In this document: positions 20,001 to 26,456 of the stretch, one piece after another
Numbering within the stretch: position 1 is the stretch's first letter
Layout: each line of letters starts with the position of its first letter
Notes under the pieces: model-generated
What the model was told of the DNA's origin: nothing
The model's database searches: none
The model's input: the letters and a program-made list of their open reading frames with translations, nothing else
Translations under genes and position numbers: made by a program
Source of the DNA: Candidatus Heimdallarchaeota archaeon
GTDB lineage: Archaea; Asgardarchaeota; Heimdallarchaeia; JABLTI01
DNA: 41,756 bases
Assembly: GCA_019056785.1 (NCBI GenBank)
Contig: DXJV01000015.1
Span: 1 to 41,756, forward strand
Direction of reading: 5' to 3'

Positions 20001-21848
20001 TAAATTATCCCGTTCGTATTGGTGTTTTCGCTCTTTCAAACTTAAGCCTTGTCGTAAGCGCTCTAATTCACGTTTGATAATTTCTTTGGCAAAAGGAGTG
20101 GGAATAGACCGTGCTCGGGTATTGACGGTCTCACCCAGCACCATCGTTTCTTTGGCATTTAAAGCAAGACGTTGATATAATGGTTTGAGGGTGCCTGTAC
20201 CGACAATTTCTTTGGTGAGTAAATAAGCTGTTCCAACCCAGAAGACACCATGCATTAATGCCGGTAAAGCACCACAAAGAACAGCGGCTTGAGCAGCTGA
20301 GAAGCGGTCGCCAATGCCACCGGCAAAAGCAACAGTAATCTTTCGTCGACTTTCTTTGAGCTTTTTTTCGAATGCTTGTAGCCTATGTAATGACAATTCC
20401 CAGAGGACAAAGCTGGTTAGAATGCCAATATGTCCTCCGCATTCCATCCCTTCTAAAACCAGGTAATTCACCCCAGCTTCGATTGCCTCTGCAAAAATTG
20501 CTGGCGAAGGCGTATGTAAAAAGGTGGTAATGCCATAGGACTGCACTTCTTTTGCTTGCTGGATGGTTCCTGCAGCGACTACAACGAAGGGGGGTTTTTC
20601 TTCTCGCAGAATCTCGAGGTGTTTGTCTCGCGCCGTTTTGTTTGCTTCAAGACCAATTATACCGCACCCAAATGGTTTTTCACGCAATAATTGTTTCGTT
20701 CCTTTAATTAAGGTTCGAGTTTGATTGGGGAAAAGCGAACCTAAAGCTAAAAAGGGTAACGCCCCTTCATCTGCCAATATTTTTGCAAACTCTGGCGATT
20801 CTGAAACGTTTGCCATAGGTCCTTGAATGATGGGAAATCTTGTTCCTAATTGCTTTGTAACTTCAACACCTTCCCTAATTGGAAAATTATCAACAACACC
20901 AGCGATCTGATTTTTTGCTTGTGAAAGTAAACCGTCAATGATCCCCGCTGTTGTTCTAAATTTATCGACGAGAATTTTTGCGAAGGGAATGTCTTGTCCC
21001 ACAGGCAATAAGGAATTTGCAATATCTTTTGAATCAAACATCGGACGCTCAGCAAGAATGTCTTTTTGAAAAGCAATTGAACGTTCTTTCAATGACAATT
21101 CTAAAAGGCTCTTTTCTTTTTTGACAAACTCTTTGACAATTTTCGTTCCCAAACGAGCATAAACGCGATATTTTTTCGCAGTCGTCTTCCCCAGCACCTG
21201 AGTGTCAGTTGCATCCAATTTTGCCAGGAAGGACTTTACCTCTGCTGACAGCGGTGATTCAGGAGTTAAGAATAACTGGGTGTCAAGAATAACGCCCTTT
21301 GCACCGACAGAAAAAATGCCGCCAATCGTATAAAAACCAATACCACCTTGCACGAGAAACGTAAGGCCGGCATTAGCAAATTGCTGTGTTAAAATGAAGG
21401 ATGTTTCATCTCCAACCCTGCCTGCAGCCTCATTTCCTTTAACAACATATGCTTCCGCCCATTTTTTATTGTAGGCTTCATTTAGTGACACGACTTCAGC
21501 AAGGAGGACCAGCTGCTTTGCTTGAGCCTTTGTGAGTTCTTTTTCAGTGAGATCAAAATCGCCAATAATAACAATTAATGGAAAAGTATCAGAATGTAAA
21601 GCTAATACTTGTTCGAATTGTTTTTTAGTAGTAACTCGCACACCCCATGAAGGAGCCAATTGTTGGTAACAGCTTTTCAACTGTTCTAACGACTCCTCCA
21701 GAGACAACCGCTCAAGATCTATTAATCCAACACCTCCAGCATCTATGACACTTTTTAGAAGGCTAATATTAGAAACACCTTGAGGGTTGTAGGCGAAAAT
21801 TGGTTTTCTGTTCTTGCAATAGGTTTCAAAATCAATTTTACTACACAT
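11076..21848 (-). CDS. Single-chain iterative type I FAS/PKS megasynthase (pseudoER-ER-KS-AT-KS-ACP-ACP-KR-DH-PPTase), 3590 aa
   Basis: ER: PIIQGPM and EGMECGGH (H473). KS1: DAAC944, EAHGTST, KSQIGH. AT: FPGQGSQ, GHS1451LGE, GAFHS. KS2: NAAC2040, SHETYT, KGFTGH. Two ACPs: EKTGYP...DLGIDTVKQ. KR: TGGAQGI, HAAG, Y2961AAAN. DH: H3089RFDNIPYLP. PPTase: ISITHS, GIDLE, WSAKEA. AGGAG RBS. Confidence 0.95.
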   Translation of the reverse strand: MCSKIDFETYCKNRKPIFAYNPQGVSNISLLKSVIDAGGVGLIDLERLSLEESLEQLKSCYQQLAPSWGVRVTTKKQFEQVLALHSDTFPLIVIIGDFDLTEKELTKAQAKQLVLLAEVVSLNEAYNKKWAEAYVVKGNEAAGRVGDETSFILTQQFANAGLTFLVQGGIGFYTIGGIFSVGAKGVILDTQLFLTPESPLSAEVKSFLAKLDATDTQVLGKTTAKKYRVYARLGTKIVKEFVKKEKSLLELSLKERSIAFQKDILAERPMFDSKDIANSLLPVGQDIPFAKILVDKFRTTAGIIDGLLSQAKNQIAGVVDNFPIREGVEVTKQLGTRFPIIQGPMANVSESPEFAKILADEGALPFLALGSLFPNQTRTLIKGTKQLLREKPFGCGIIGLEANKTARDKHLEILREEKPPFVVVAAGTIQQAKEVQSYGITTFLHTPSPAIFAEAIEAGVNYLVLEGMECGGHIGILTSFVLWELSLHRLQAFEKKLKESRRKITVAFAGGIGDRFSAAQAAVLCGALPALMHGVFWVGTAYLLTKEIVGTGTLKPLYQRLALNAKETMVLGETVNTRARSIPTPFAKEIIKRELERLRQGLSLKERKHQYERDNLGATRIAARGEIWNPEGEDDKPNRFMPINEEGQYQKGNYLIGQIVASLRCVRTVSQLHQELTSNAKETIIQKTQTLLPHLSSLLAKKITPREATLPVQGLVETTEEQVEESTFLFDDLEGIAIVGLGCVFPDAHNIKEYWNNILKKVYSIREIPAERWAGKIDIFFDPDKDAPNKSYTKIAATISDFKFNSLEFKIPPKVAQNMGRAQKLALLAAKEALTDAGLLKKGVDNSKTAVIVGNAMGDEIRVNYTRKVFLPEVLSSITSSPYFSHIDSKNWQALEKSLLEKYEKELPVINEDSMPGELSNIIAGRIANIFNLRGKSMTTDAACASSLAALNVAVKVLLDKECDAVLCGGADCSLDPTTFVKFSKIGALSAKGSYPFDARADGFVMGEGAGFVVLKRLSDAIKDGNTIYAVIRGLGASSDGKGKGITAPNPLGQRLAIERALIRADVALKDIQLIEAHGTSTKVGDVVELQVLQELAEKSKPATIAIGSVKSQIGHLKSAAGIAALIKTALALHHKVIPPSINFDIPNPKINWEKSPFFVPVEQQPWPTPPSGTRLAGVSSFGFGGTNYHVVLEEFIPGRTKGHLPTLLDAVEFKKALAGAKLAHRLGATEIERVLDTKGWSAYFEKHESLETEPLFIGADSVEQLEKALAAFRANIPKSTFGKDGVGPRVRDFSMKTHSALAKQVRVGISCTSFNELANKIALAREGLQNKQKRRLLRNKGLFFSTDHSLGKIAFIFPGQGSQYVGMGKELWEKFEVVRETFREADEITKELLGFPISEIIFSIGKSTAESKELLRQTEITQPAIFTLDIAIFRLLESYGIKPDFVAGHSLGEYAALVAAGILSLRDGFLAVVPRGKAMAKFDTKDKGMMASIGAGFKEVEKVLKEIDSYVIAANKNAPNQTVISGSTTGVKKAIELFSAKGITAIPLSVSGAFHSKIVEPAITDFRQALQKLTFNKPKIPLTSNVTGELYPKTRKEIIDLLCHQICSPVEWIKQINWMYDNGVRTFIEVGPKWVLTTFARAICEEKENVIALPSIHPKKGEAKHFSELLTALSVYGYNIRYPSLESDFYTQEFKYPLEKFYITKPKTIRAAEKIVSQLTPFDVLLTDPELAKITTDEQFKDYLTLQAPAINAFLKAGYETYKTTIASALEEKRRTEKLNISTEAIGITGVSIGLPGRKRKVFAEDNFDAILAGENFIDPIPDKLREKMLDKNIVRLVKDAIKGAQFQAIKDVNEVIKLAAQKGEFDLRKEYGVKAEFTEVLDITFQLAFAAGIEALRDAGIPLMPLKVKTSVGKDIAKGWALPEPLRDETGIVFASAFPAYNNLISTISAYLSDKFAQQKLDEFKAFFEELISKIKDPQTKEQITSFYHQNIEKLQDDKDSRFQFSRKFLFEILSMGHSQFAQFIRARGPNTQVNAACSSTTQAIAIGEDWIRTGRCKRVIVIAADDVTNEQIFEWIGSGFLAIGAATTKENVKEAALPFDKRRHGMIIGMGAVGLVLESESAMRTRGVKPIVDLLGTHIVNSAFHGTRLDREHISSQMDQFLSIIEHRYDISRDEIAKELVFVSHETYTPARGGSASAEVAALRKTFKDMIEKIVIANTKGFTGHAMGAGIEDVVAVKILQKGIVPPVANWKEEDPELGPLNLSKGGHYPVKYALRFAAGFGSQLTMALYRLNTSSNRFEGVKYENWLKSLGGSLATLEVVNKTLLLREDPSVVSQTTLPVNAPPKQQAVTATTNKELVQSIIQLISEKTGYPVEMIEPNMHLEEDLGIDTVKQAELFGLLRNQFNLPREEGVRIQDYYSVNKIAEYLSSRLGAGAVAEKRGEITASAASASETIPRETILKEVLQLISEKTGYPLDMIEPDMELEEDLGIDTVKQAEIFGLIRSKWSLPREEGIRIQDYSTVNKITDYILSRLASQQESKGGPLESEPTVTSQITHQPITRRILQFQPVPCPKVVKTKLAKKKFIIVGDQTPFASQLESLLTEKRSIVLQTVDAKTVLHSPEQLSSEEVDGVIFIEPKSTKKTRHLYTASALFQLTKQITIKEGGYFLVIQPTSTFFGWKAKASPTFGSLSGFAKAFAREREDLAVRVLATSEPKNVLKELMTGDGAVEVAYTETGERQILLTPEMPLKKTATPVLQLTSEDLLIITGGAQGITFEITKKLAEKYAVKLALVGRTKLPANIEELAQLSAEELEEKKNRYIAHLKEQGIKVTPVQIQREWSKTLKAIAVFKALKELTALGSQVRYYSVDVSQSEAFAAVLQKVENDFHQKITGVVHAAGIEISRLVKDKRLEDFEYVYNVKVKGFDTLIETLDLRSLKFIICFSSVAARYGNAGQVDYAAANDYLSKSCWQLRKKGLRATAICWSAWAEIGMATRGSVMQILLQKGLTPIKVEEGVQAFIDELEYGQDPEVIYSGVLGELLESPGPFIKVNPKIYPLLGSIKRNFDGSISARREFSLETDLYLDHHRFDNIPYLPGVMGIELFAELTDIAFPKKKLTALKNVEFSSAIKFKDNEKQTIFSRIFTTLPEPAIVIETVKIKDGKKVSLPVKRFSAKAVLGKRQKGSRTKPKTTLPYLAKKSLLYKILPHGERFQVLEAVAEKSDAIIGKIAPLPEKKQFSWGLTKLLANPLSIEAGFQAMGFYDLVLSRQMGLPYKIKLLEFYDATEEPAYVVGRKNADNNFGSVYQFEVLSKSGELLLQAANYETAQVNFGANIAPLNEVHLTRVKQLFPLPKKALIEVVSVETIKKEIEKDESFLQNFLHEVEMTRFHNYSVEKRRLEWVAGVIAIKKALQQLNPKLIPNQLFIEKDSLGKPYVKQGKKAIPISISITHSNGFAAGIVHPEKMTGIDLEAIEKRSNILIEELLSKQELALLQKLKAEISDTLLAKIWSAKEAASKVLGVGLNIDLHDLAITHLTEKQISLQIPIEKLPEQVRNSEKHPEKNSRLTLNVRSTANKDFVASVCQMERVK
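14235..14780 (-). repeat. Tandem duplicated ACP-coding segments inside the megasynthase (approximate bounds)
   Basis: Two near-identical copies of QLISEKTGYP.(E/D)MIEP.M.LEEDLGIDTVKQAE.FGL.R....LPREEG.RIQDY..VNKI..Y..SRL, spaced 306 nt apart. Confidence 0.9.
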
Positions 21849-21889
21849 CGTTTCTTTTCTCCTGTTTGTTATTTTTTTTTGAGAAAGTC

Positions 21890-23491
21890 TTAAAGTGGCA
21901 TGTTGCCGTGTTTCTTATTAAACCGACGCTCTCTTTTTCGGAGCAATGGCCACAGTGCGTTGATCAATTTCTTTCTCGTTTCAGATGGAAGAATGACATC
22001 ATCGATGTAGCCTTTTTCAGCTGCTAGATAAGGATTATTGAATTCCTCTGCATACTTTGTCTTTAATTTCTCGAGCAACTCTTCAGGATATTCCGTCTTT
22101 GCGAGTTCCCGCCGATAAAGAATTTGGACCGCCCCTTCTGCACCCATAACAGCAATCTCAGCACTTGGCCAAGCAAAATTAATGTCACAGGCAAGATGCT
22201 TGGAGCCCATAACAATGTATGCACCACCATATGCCTTACGGGTAATCACAGTGAGTTTTGGCACCGTTGCTTCAGCGTAAGCATAAATAAGTTTGGCACC
22301 ATGTTTTATGATACCATTGTGTTCTTGGTCTAAGCCAGGGAGAAAGCCTGGAACATCAACAAAAGTAATTATTGGGATATTAAATGAGTCACAAAATCGG
22401 ATGAAACGAGCGGCCTTGATAGAGGCGTTAATATCAAGTGCACCAGCCAAAATAGATGGTTGATTTGCCACAACTCCAACAGGGTAGCCATTTAATCGCC
22501 CAAAACCAATGATGATGTTCTGAGCCCACTTTTTCTGGAGTTCCAAGAAATTTCCTCGATCTACTACTTGCAGGATGATTTCTCTCATATCATAAGGTTC
22601 TTGCGGGTCTTCCGGGATGATAGTGTTAAGTTCTTGCAGGCCCACAGTATTTGTTGTGGTAATCTCTTTTATTGGTGGATCCTCGAGATTATTAGAAGGT
22701 AGGTAGGAGAGGAGCACTTTGATGAGCTCTATTGATTCGAGCTCGTCCGAGCCAACGAGATGGGCAATTCCGGAGTTCACACTATGTGTAGATGCCCCAC
22801 CAAGCTCCTCAAAAGTTGCTTCCTCTCCTGTGACAGCTTTCACAACTGCAGGACCAGTTACGAACATGTAAGAGGTATCTTCGGTCATTACAATAAAATC
22901 AGTAAGTGCAGGAGAATAGACCGCCCCACCTGCCGATGGTCCCACAATACAGGAAATTTGAGGGATGATCCCTGAAGCACGAACATTTCTTAAGAAAAGA
23001 TCGCCATACCCTGCCAGCGAGTTTGCACCTTCTTGAATTCTTGCGCCACCAGAGTCGTTGAAACCAATCACAGGTGCACCGTTCTGGATTGCTTGATCCA
23101 ACAAGTCAACAATTTTCTTGGCATGAGCTTCGCCCAAACTGCCACCGAGGATGGTAAAATCCTGGCTATAAACATAAACAAGTTTGCCATTCACCTGCCC
23201 GAAGCCGGTAATCACACCGTCAGTATAATATTTCTTGTTTTCTAAGCCAAAATTCCGGCAATGATGACGAACAAACATTTTTGTCTCAGTAAAGGTTCCC
23301 GGATCCAAAAGCAATTCAATTCTTTGCCTAGCAGTTAACTTTCCTTTTGCCAGTTGTTTTTGGATTGCCTGCTCCCCTCCACCCTCGAGTGCAACTACAC
23401 GCTTTTCTAAGAGCTCGTCGTTTTTCTGCTCCACACGACTTTTTGTGGTCAGAACTCTTTTTCCTTTCACTGTTTCGGGTTTCAAATTCAT
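21890..23491 (-). CDS. pccB: Acyl-CoA (acetyl/propionyl-CoA) carboxylase carboxyltransferase subunit, PccB-type
   Basis: GKLTARQRI, DSGGARIQEG, GGAVYSPALTD, DVPGFLPG, RKAYGGAY, AVMGAEGA and KKHGNMPL. Ends 41 nt before the megasynthase start on the same strand. Confidence 0.95.
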   Translation of the reverse strand: MNLKPETVKGKRVLTTKSRVEQKNDELLEKRVVALEGGGEQAIQKQLAKGKLTARQRIELLLDPGTFTETKMFVRHHCRNFGLENKKYYTDGVITGFGQVNGKLVYVYSQDFTILGGSLGEAHAKKIVDLLDQAIQNGAPVIGFNDSGGARIQEGANSLAGYGDLFLRNVRASGIIPQISCIVGPSAGGAVYSPALTDFIVMTEDTSYMFVTGPAVVKAVTGEEATFEELGGASTHSVNSGIAHLVGSDELESIELIKVLLSYLPSNNLEDPPIKEITTTNTVGLQELNTIIPEDPQEPYDMREIILQVVDRGNFLELQKKWAQNIIIGFGRLNGYPVGVVANQPSILAGALDINASIKAARFIRFCDSFNIPIITFVDVPGFLPGLDQEHNGIIKHGAKLIYAYAEATVPKLTVITRKAYGGAYIVMGSKHLACDINFAWPSAEIAVMGAEGAVQILYRRELAKTEYPEELLEKLKTKYAEEFNNPYLAAEKGYIDDVILPSETRKKLINALWPLLRKRERRFNKKHGNMPL

Positions 23492-23585
23492 ATACTATTT
23501 CTCCTGTTTCAAAGCTTTCTTAACGGAAATTAATGCCAAACCGTCAATATTTTACGAGGAAAACACTAACAAAAGGGTATCGTAT

Positions 23586-23627
23586 TTTAACGGTAAAAAA
23601 GTCATTTTTGTCAGTTTTACAGTAAAA
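23586..23627. promoter_or_regulatory. Pair of palindromic operator-like boxes in the divergent pccB/accC promoter
   Basis: TTTAAC-G-GTAAAA (23586-23598) and the perfect palindrome TTTTAC-A-GTAAAA (23615-23627), just upstream of the accC TATA-like box. Confidence 0.45.
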
Positions 23628-23639
23628 AATCGGATAGTC

Positions 23640-23646
23640 TTTATAA
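23640..23646 (+). promoter_or_regulatory. TATA-like box for probably leaderless accC transcript
   Basis: TTTATAA lies 25-31 nt upstream of ATG 23671, and no RBS is visible. Confidence 0.5.
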
Positions 23647-23670
23647 CTTGACCCAAGAAACACTTGTATA

Positions 23671-25146
23671 ATGTTGTTCAACTCTCTCCTAGTAGCAAAC
23701 AGAGGTGAGATTGCTATCCGGATAATCCGTGCAGCACGCGAGCTGGGGATATATACGTATGCAATTTACACGCCTGTGGATAAAAATGCACTTCACGTGA
23801 AATTGGCAAACGAAGCCTTTGAACTTATTGAAGATGGCAAAACACCCGGCTATTTGGACATTGAGCAAATCATTGCCATCTGCAACCGTGAAGGAATAGA
23901 AAGCATCCATCCAGGCTATGGGTTTTTATCTGAGAGTGAAGAATTCGCCCGCCGAGTTCAAGAAATCGGAATCAATTTTATTGGGCCTCCTCCTGAGGTA
24001 ATCAAATTACTGGGGAATAAAGTAAAAAGCCGGCAAGAAGCAATGAAAGCTGGCTTAACCGTTCCTGAAGGCTCGGACATTATTTCATCAACGAAATATG
24101 CTCTAAAAGAAGCCCAAAGGATCGGTTTCCCAGTAATCGTGAAGGCAGTTTTCGGTGGAGGTGGAATGGGGATCCGCGTTGCACGCACTAATCGAGAGCT
24201 CCGTCTCGCGATTAAAAGCGCAAGTGCTCAAGCACAGGCGGCTTTTGGCAGAGGACAAGTCTTTCTGGAAAAGTTCATAGAACAACCACGCCATATCGAA
24301 TTTCAAATTCTGGCGGATTCCTACGGGAATGTTGTCCATCTCGGAGAACGAGAATGCTCAATTCAGCGACGGAACCAAAAACTGCTAGAAGAAGCACCCT
24401 CAAAAGCCCTTTCCCCTGAAAAACGGAAAGAGATTGGAGAAATGGTCTGCGAACTTGCACGAAACTTGAACTATGTCAGTGCAGGTACAGTTGAATTTCT
24501 GTATAAAAACAATCAAGTAATGTTTAACGAGATCAATCCCCGCATACAAGTCGAACATCCAGTAACTGAAATGTTGACCGGAAAAGACATCGTGAAAGAA
24601 CAGATTAAGATCGCATTAGGACAGGAACTTTCCTTTAAACAAGAAGAAATCAATTTTCGCGGGCACGCCATGGAATTACGAATTAACGCTGAGGATCCTT
24701 TAAAGGATTTTTATCCCTCTCCCGGTAAAATTAAGAAATTTATTGCCCCTGGAGGGCCACAAATCAGGTTTGATACTGCAATGTATGAAGGATTTGAAAT
24801 TCCTAATTGCTATGATTCTCTTATTGGGAAATTGATAGTTGGAGGTGAAACTCGAGAAGAAGCCATTACCCGGGCCCTTAATGCTTTGAAAGAATTGATT
24901 GTCACAGGTTTTCCAACAAATATCGGCTTTTTCGAAGTTTTACTAAAAGACCCCAAATTCAAGAAAGGAGACATTAGCATTAATTTCATTCAAGACCAAA
25001 AAATCCTCGAGAAACTCGAAGCAGAAATTTACATCAAAGCTGCAGCACTCTTCGCTGTAGGCTTAAAAAAGAACGAAGTGAACCTTCCTTCTGTCTCGAA
25101 GAATTGGCAGATAAAGGGAAGACTAGATGCTATTGGGAGGGAATGA
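23671..25146 (+). CDS. accC: Biotin carboxylase subunit
   Basis: LVANRGEIAIRI, IHPGYGFLSE, KAVFGGGGMG, ERECSIQRRNQK, NPRIQVEHPVTE, RINAEDP and YDSLIGKL. Confidence 0.95.
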   Translation: MLFNSLLVANRGEIAIRIIRAARELGIYTYAIYTPVDKNALHVKLANEAFELIEDGKTPGYLDIEQIIAICNREGIESIHPGYGFLSESEEFARRVQEIGINFIGPPPEVIKLLGNKVKSRQEAMKAGLTVPEGSDIISSTKYALKEAQRIGFPVIVKAVFGGGGMGIRVARTNRELRLAIKSASAQAQAAFGRGQVFLEKFIEQPRHIEFQILADSYGNVVHLGERECSIQRRNQKLLEEAPSKALSPEKRKEIGEMVCELARNLNYVSAGTVEFLYKNNQVMFNEINPRIQVEHPVTEMLTGKDIVKEQIKIALGQELSFKQEEINFRGHAMELRINAEDPLKDFYPSPGKIKKFIAPGGPQIRFDTAMYEGFEIPNCYDSLIGKLIVGGETREEAITRALNALKELIVTGFPTNIGFFEVLLKDPKFKKGDISINFIQDQKILEKLEAEIYIKAAALFAVGLKKNEVNLPSVSKNWQIKGRLDAIGRE

Positions 25147-25628
25147 CCATGGAGAAAAAATATCTAGTGAATATAGATGGCATGGAATTGGAGCTACAAC
25201 AAATAAAAGATAGCATAAAAATTGGCAAAAAAACAGTAAAACCAGAGGTCATTTTTAATGGAAAGTATTATCGAGTCTATTTGGACGGAAAAGAGTTCAA
25301 AGTGGAATTCAAAGAAGATGCTGTTTTTCTTGATGGAAAAGAGGTTGACTTTAACTTCCGGCTTGCACCCCAAATTATGGGTAAAAAAGAGTCTATGGCG
25401 TCGAAAAAGAAAGCAGCAATTCGCGCGGCTATTCCCGGCAAAATTGTGGAAGTTAAATGTTCGGTTGGAGAAATTGTCAAAGATCAACAATGTCTACTCG
25501 TCCTAGAATCAATGAAAATGCGGAATGAAATTTTAGCTCCTATTGCTGGCACTGTTGAAAAAATTCTCGTAAATGTTGGCGACCAAGTAAAAACACGGCA
25601 GTTATTACTGTCCATCCTAAAAAAGTAA
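25143..25628 (+). CDS. accB: Biotin carboxyl carrier protein
   Basis: AAIPGKIV...LESMKMRNEI.AP biotinylation motif. ATGA overlap with the accC stop (alternative ATG at 25149). Confidence 0.92.
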   Translation: MTMEKKYLVNIDGMELELQQIKDSIKIGKKTVKPEVIFNGKYYRVYLDGKEFKVEFKEDAVFLDGKEVDFNFRLAPQIMGKKESMASKKKAAIRAAIPGKIVEVKCSVGEIVKDQQCLLVLESMKMRNEILAPIAGTVEKILVNVGDQVKTRQLLLSILKK

Positions 25629-25650
25629 CGGAAGCAGGTGTAAGGAAAGA

Positions 25651-26454
25651 GTGATTGTTGAAGATGTAAAGATACCCTACTATCAAAGTTATTTAGGGGG
25701 GAGATTTTTCATCCCTTCAAACGGGAAAACAAGATACCCGGTAGTATGTAAAGTTCATGGCTTGATTTCGAATTCTTTTGTTGCCGAAGAAAAACTTGCC
25801 TCCCTTCTAACGAGGAGTAATATTGGTTATTTTGTCTTTCATTTTACAGGCTATCATGGCAGCCCAGGCGAAACATCCATTCATTCAGAATTGCTCAATT
25901 TAGATTCTGTTATAACTTTTTTGACAAACCATCCCCGTGTGGACCCGCTAAATATTGGCTTGTATGCAGTGAGTCTGGGAGCAGCAGTTGCAATTTGCCA
26001 CACAGCAAGAGACTCGAGAGTAATGGCACTAGCGCTTCAAACACCTCTTTTCGACTTTTCATTCATGGTTAATTATCCGGAGTTTTCCAATCTCTGGCAA
26101 GGGCTGGCACTGGCAGGAGAAATTGTTTTACCAAAAGAAGGGGTAAAAGAAAAGCTGCTGGAAGATATTCAAGGAAATAATCCCCTTGAAGACATTAAAC
26201 TTATTGCGCCGAGAGAAATACTAATCATTGCCGGTGGGAAAGATACCTTTATTCCTTTTGCGGGCATACAAAAACTCTTCCAAAAAGCAAAGGAACCAAA
26301 GAAATTAGTGGTCATCCCTGCTGCGGATCATAATACTAACGATAAAAAAGCTCTTGATGAAGTCAATAATCTTCTCTTGGACTTTTTCTTGAAACAATTC
26401 CAAAATACAACAAATAAAATGTTCTCAAATTATAAGAATAAAATTGAAGCATGA
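25651..26454 (+). CDS. Alpha/beta hydrolase (candidate thioesterase/release enzyme)
   Basis: VHG oxyanion motif, G.HGSPG, nucleophile elbow YAVSLGAA, GGKD acid and ADH histidine. Directly downstream of accB. Confidence 0.85.
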   Translation: MIVEDVKIPYYQSYLGGRFFIPSNGKTRYPVVCKVHGLISNSFVAEEKLASLLTRSNIGYFVFHFTGYHGSPGETSIHSELLNLDSVITFLTNHPRVDPLNIGLYAVSLGAAVAICHTARDSRVMALALQTPLFDFSFMVNYPEFSNLWQGLALAGEIVLPKEGVKEKLLEDIQGNNPLEDIKLIAPREILIIAGGKDTFIPFAGIQKLFQKAKEPKKLVVIPAADHNTNDKKALDEVNNLLLDFFLKQFQNTTNKMFSNYKNKIEA

Positions 26455-26456
26455 TT

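Noticed and set aside
11252-21076. Many 60-165 aa ORFs overlapping the megasynthase in other frames or antisense
   Set aside because: Shadow ORFs of a long, motif-rich coding frame, with no recognisable motifs.
21890-25628. Carboxylase genes as evidence for the 3-hydroxypropionate/4-hydroxybutyrate carbon-fixation cycle
   Set aside because: No other cycle genes are in the window. Tight linkage to the synthase makes extender supply the simpler explanation.
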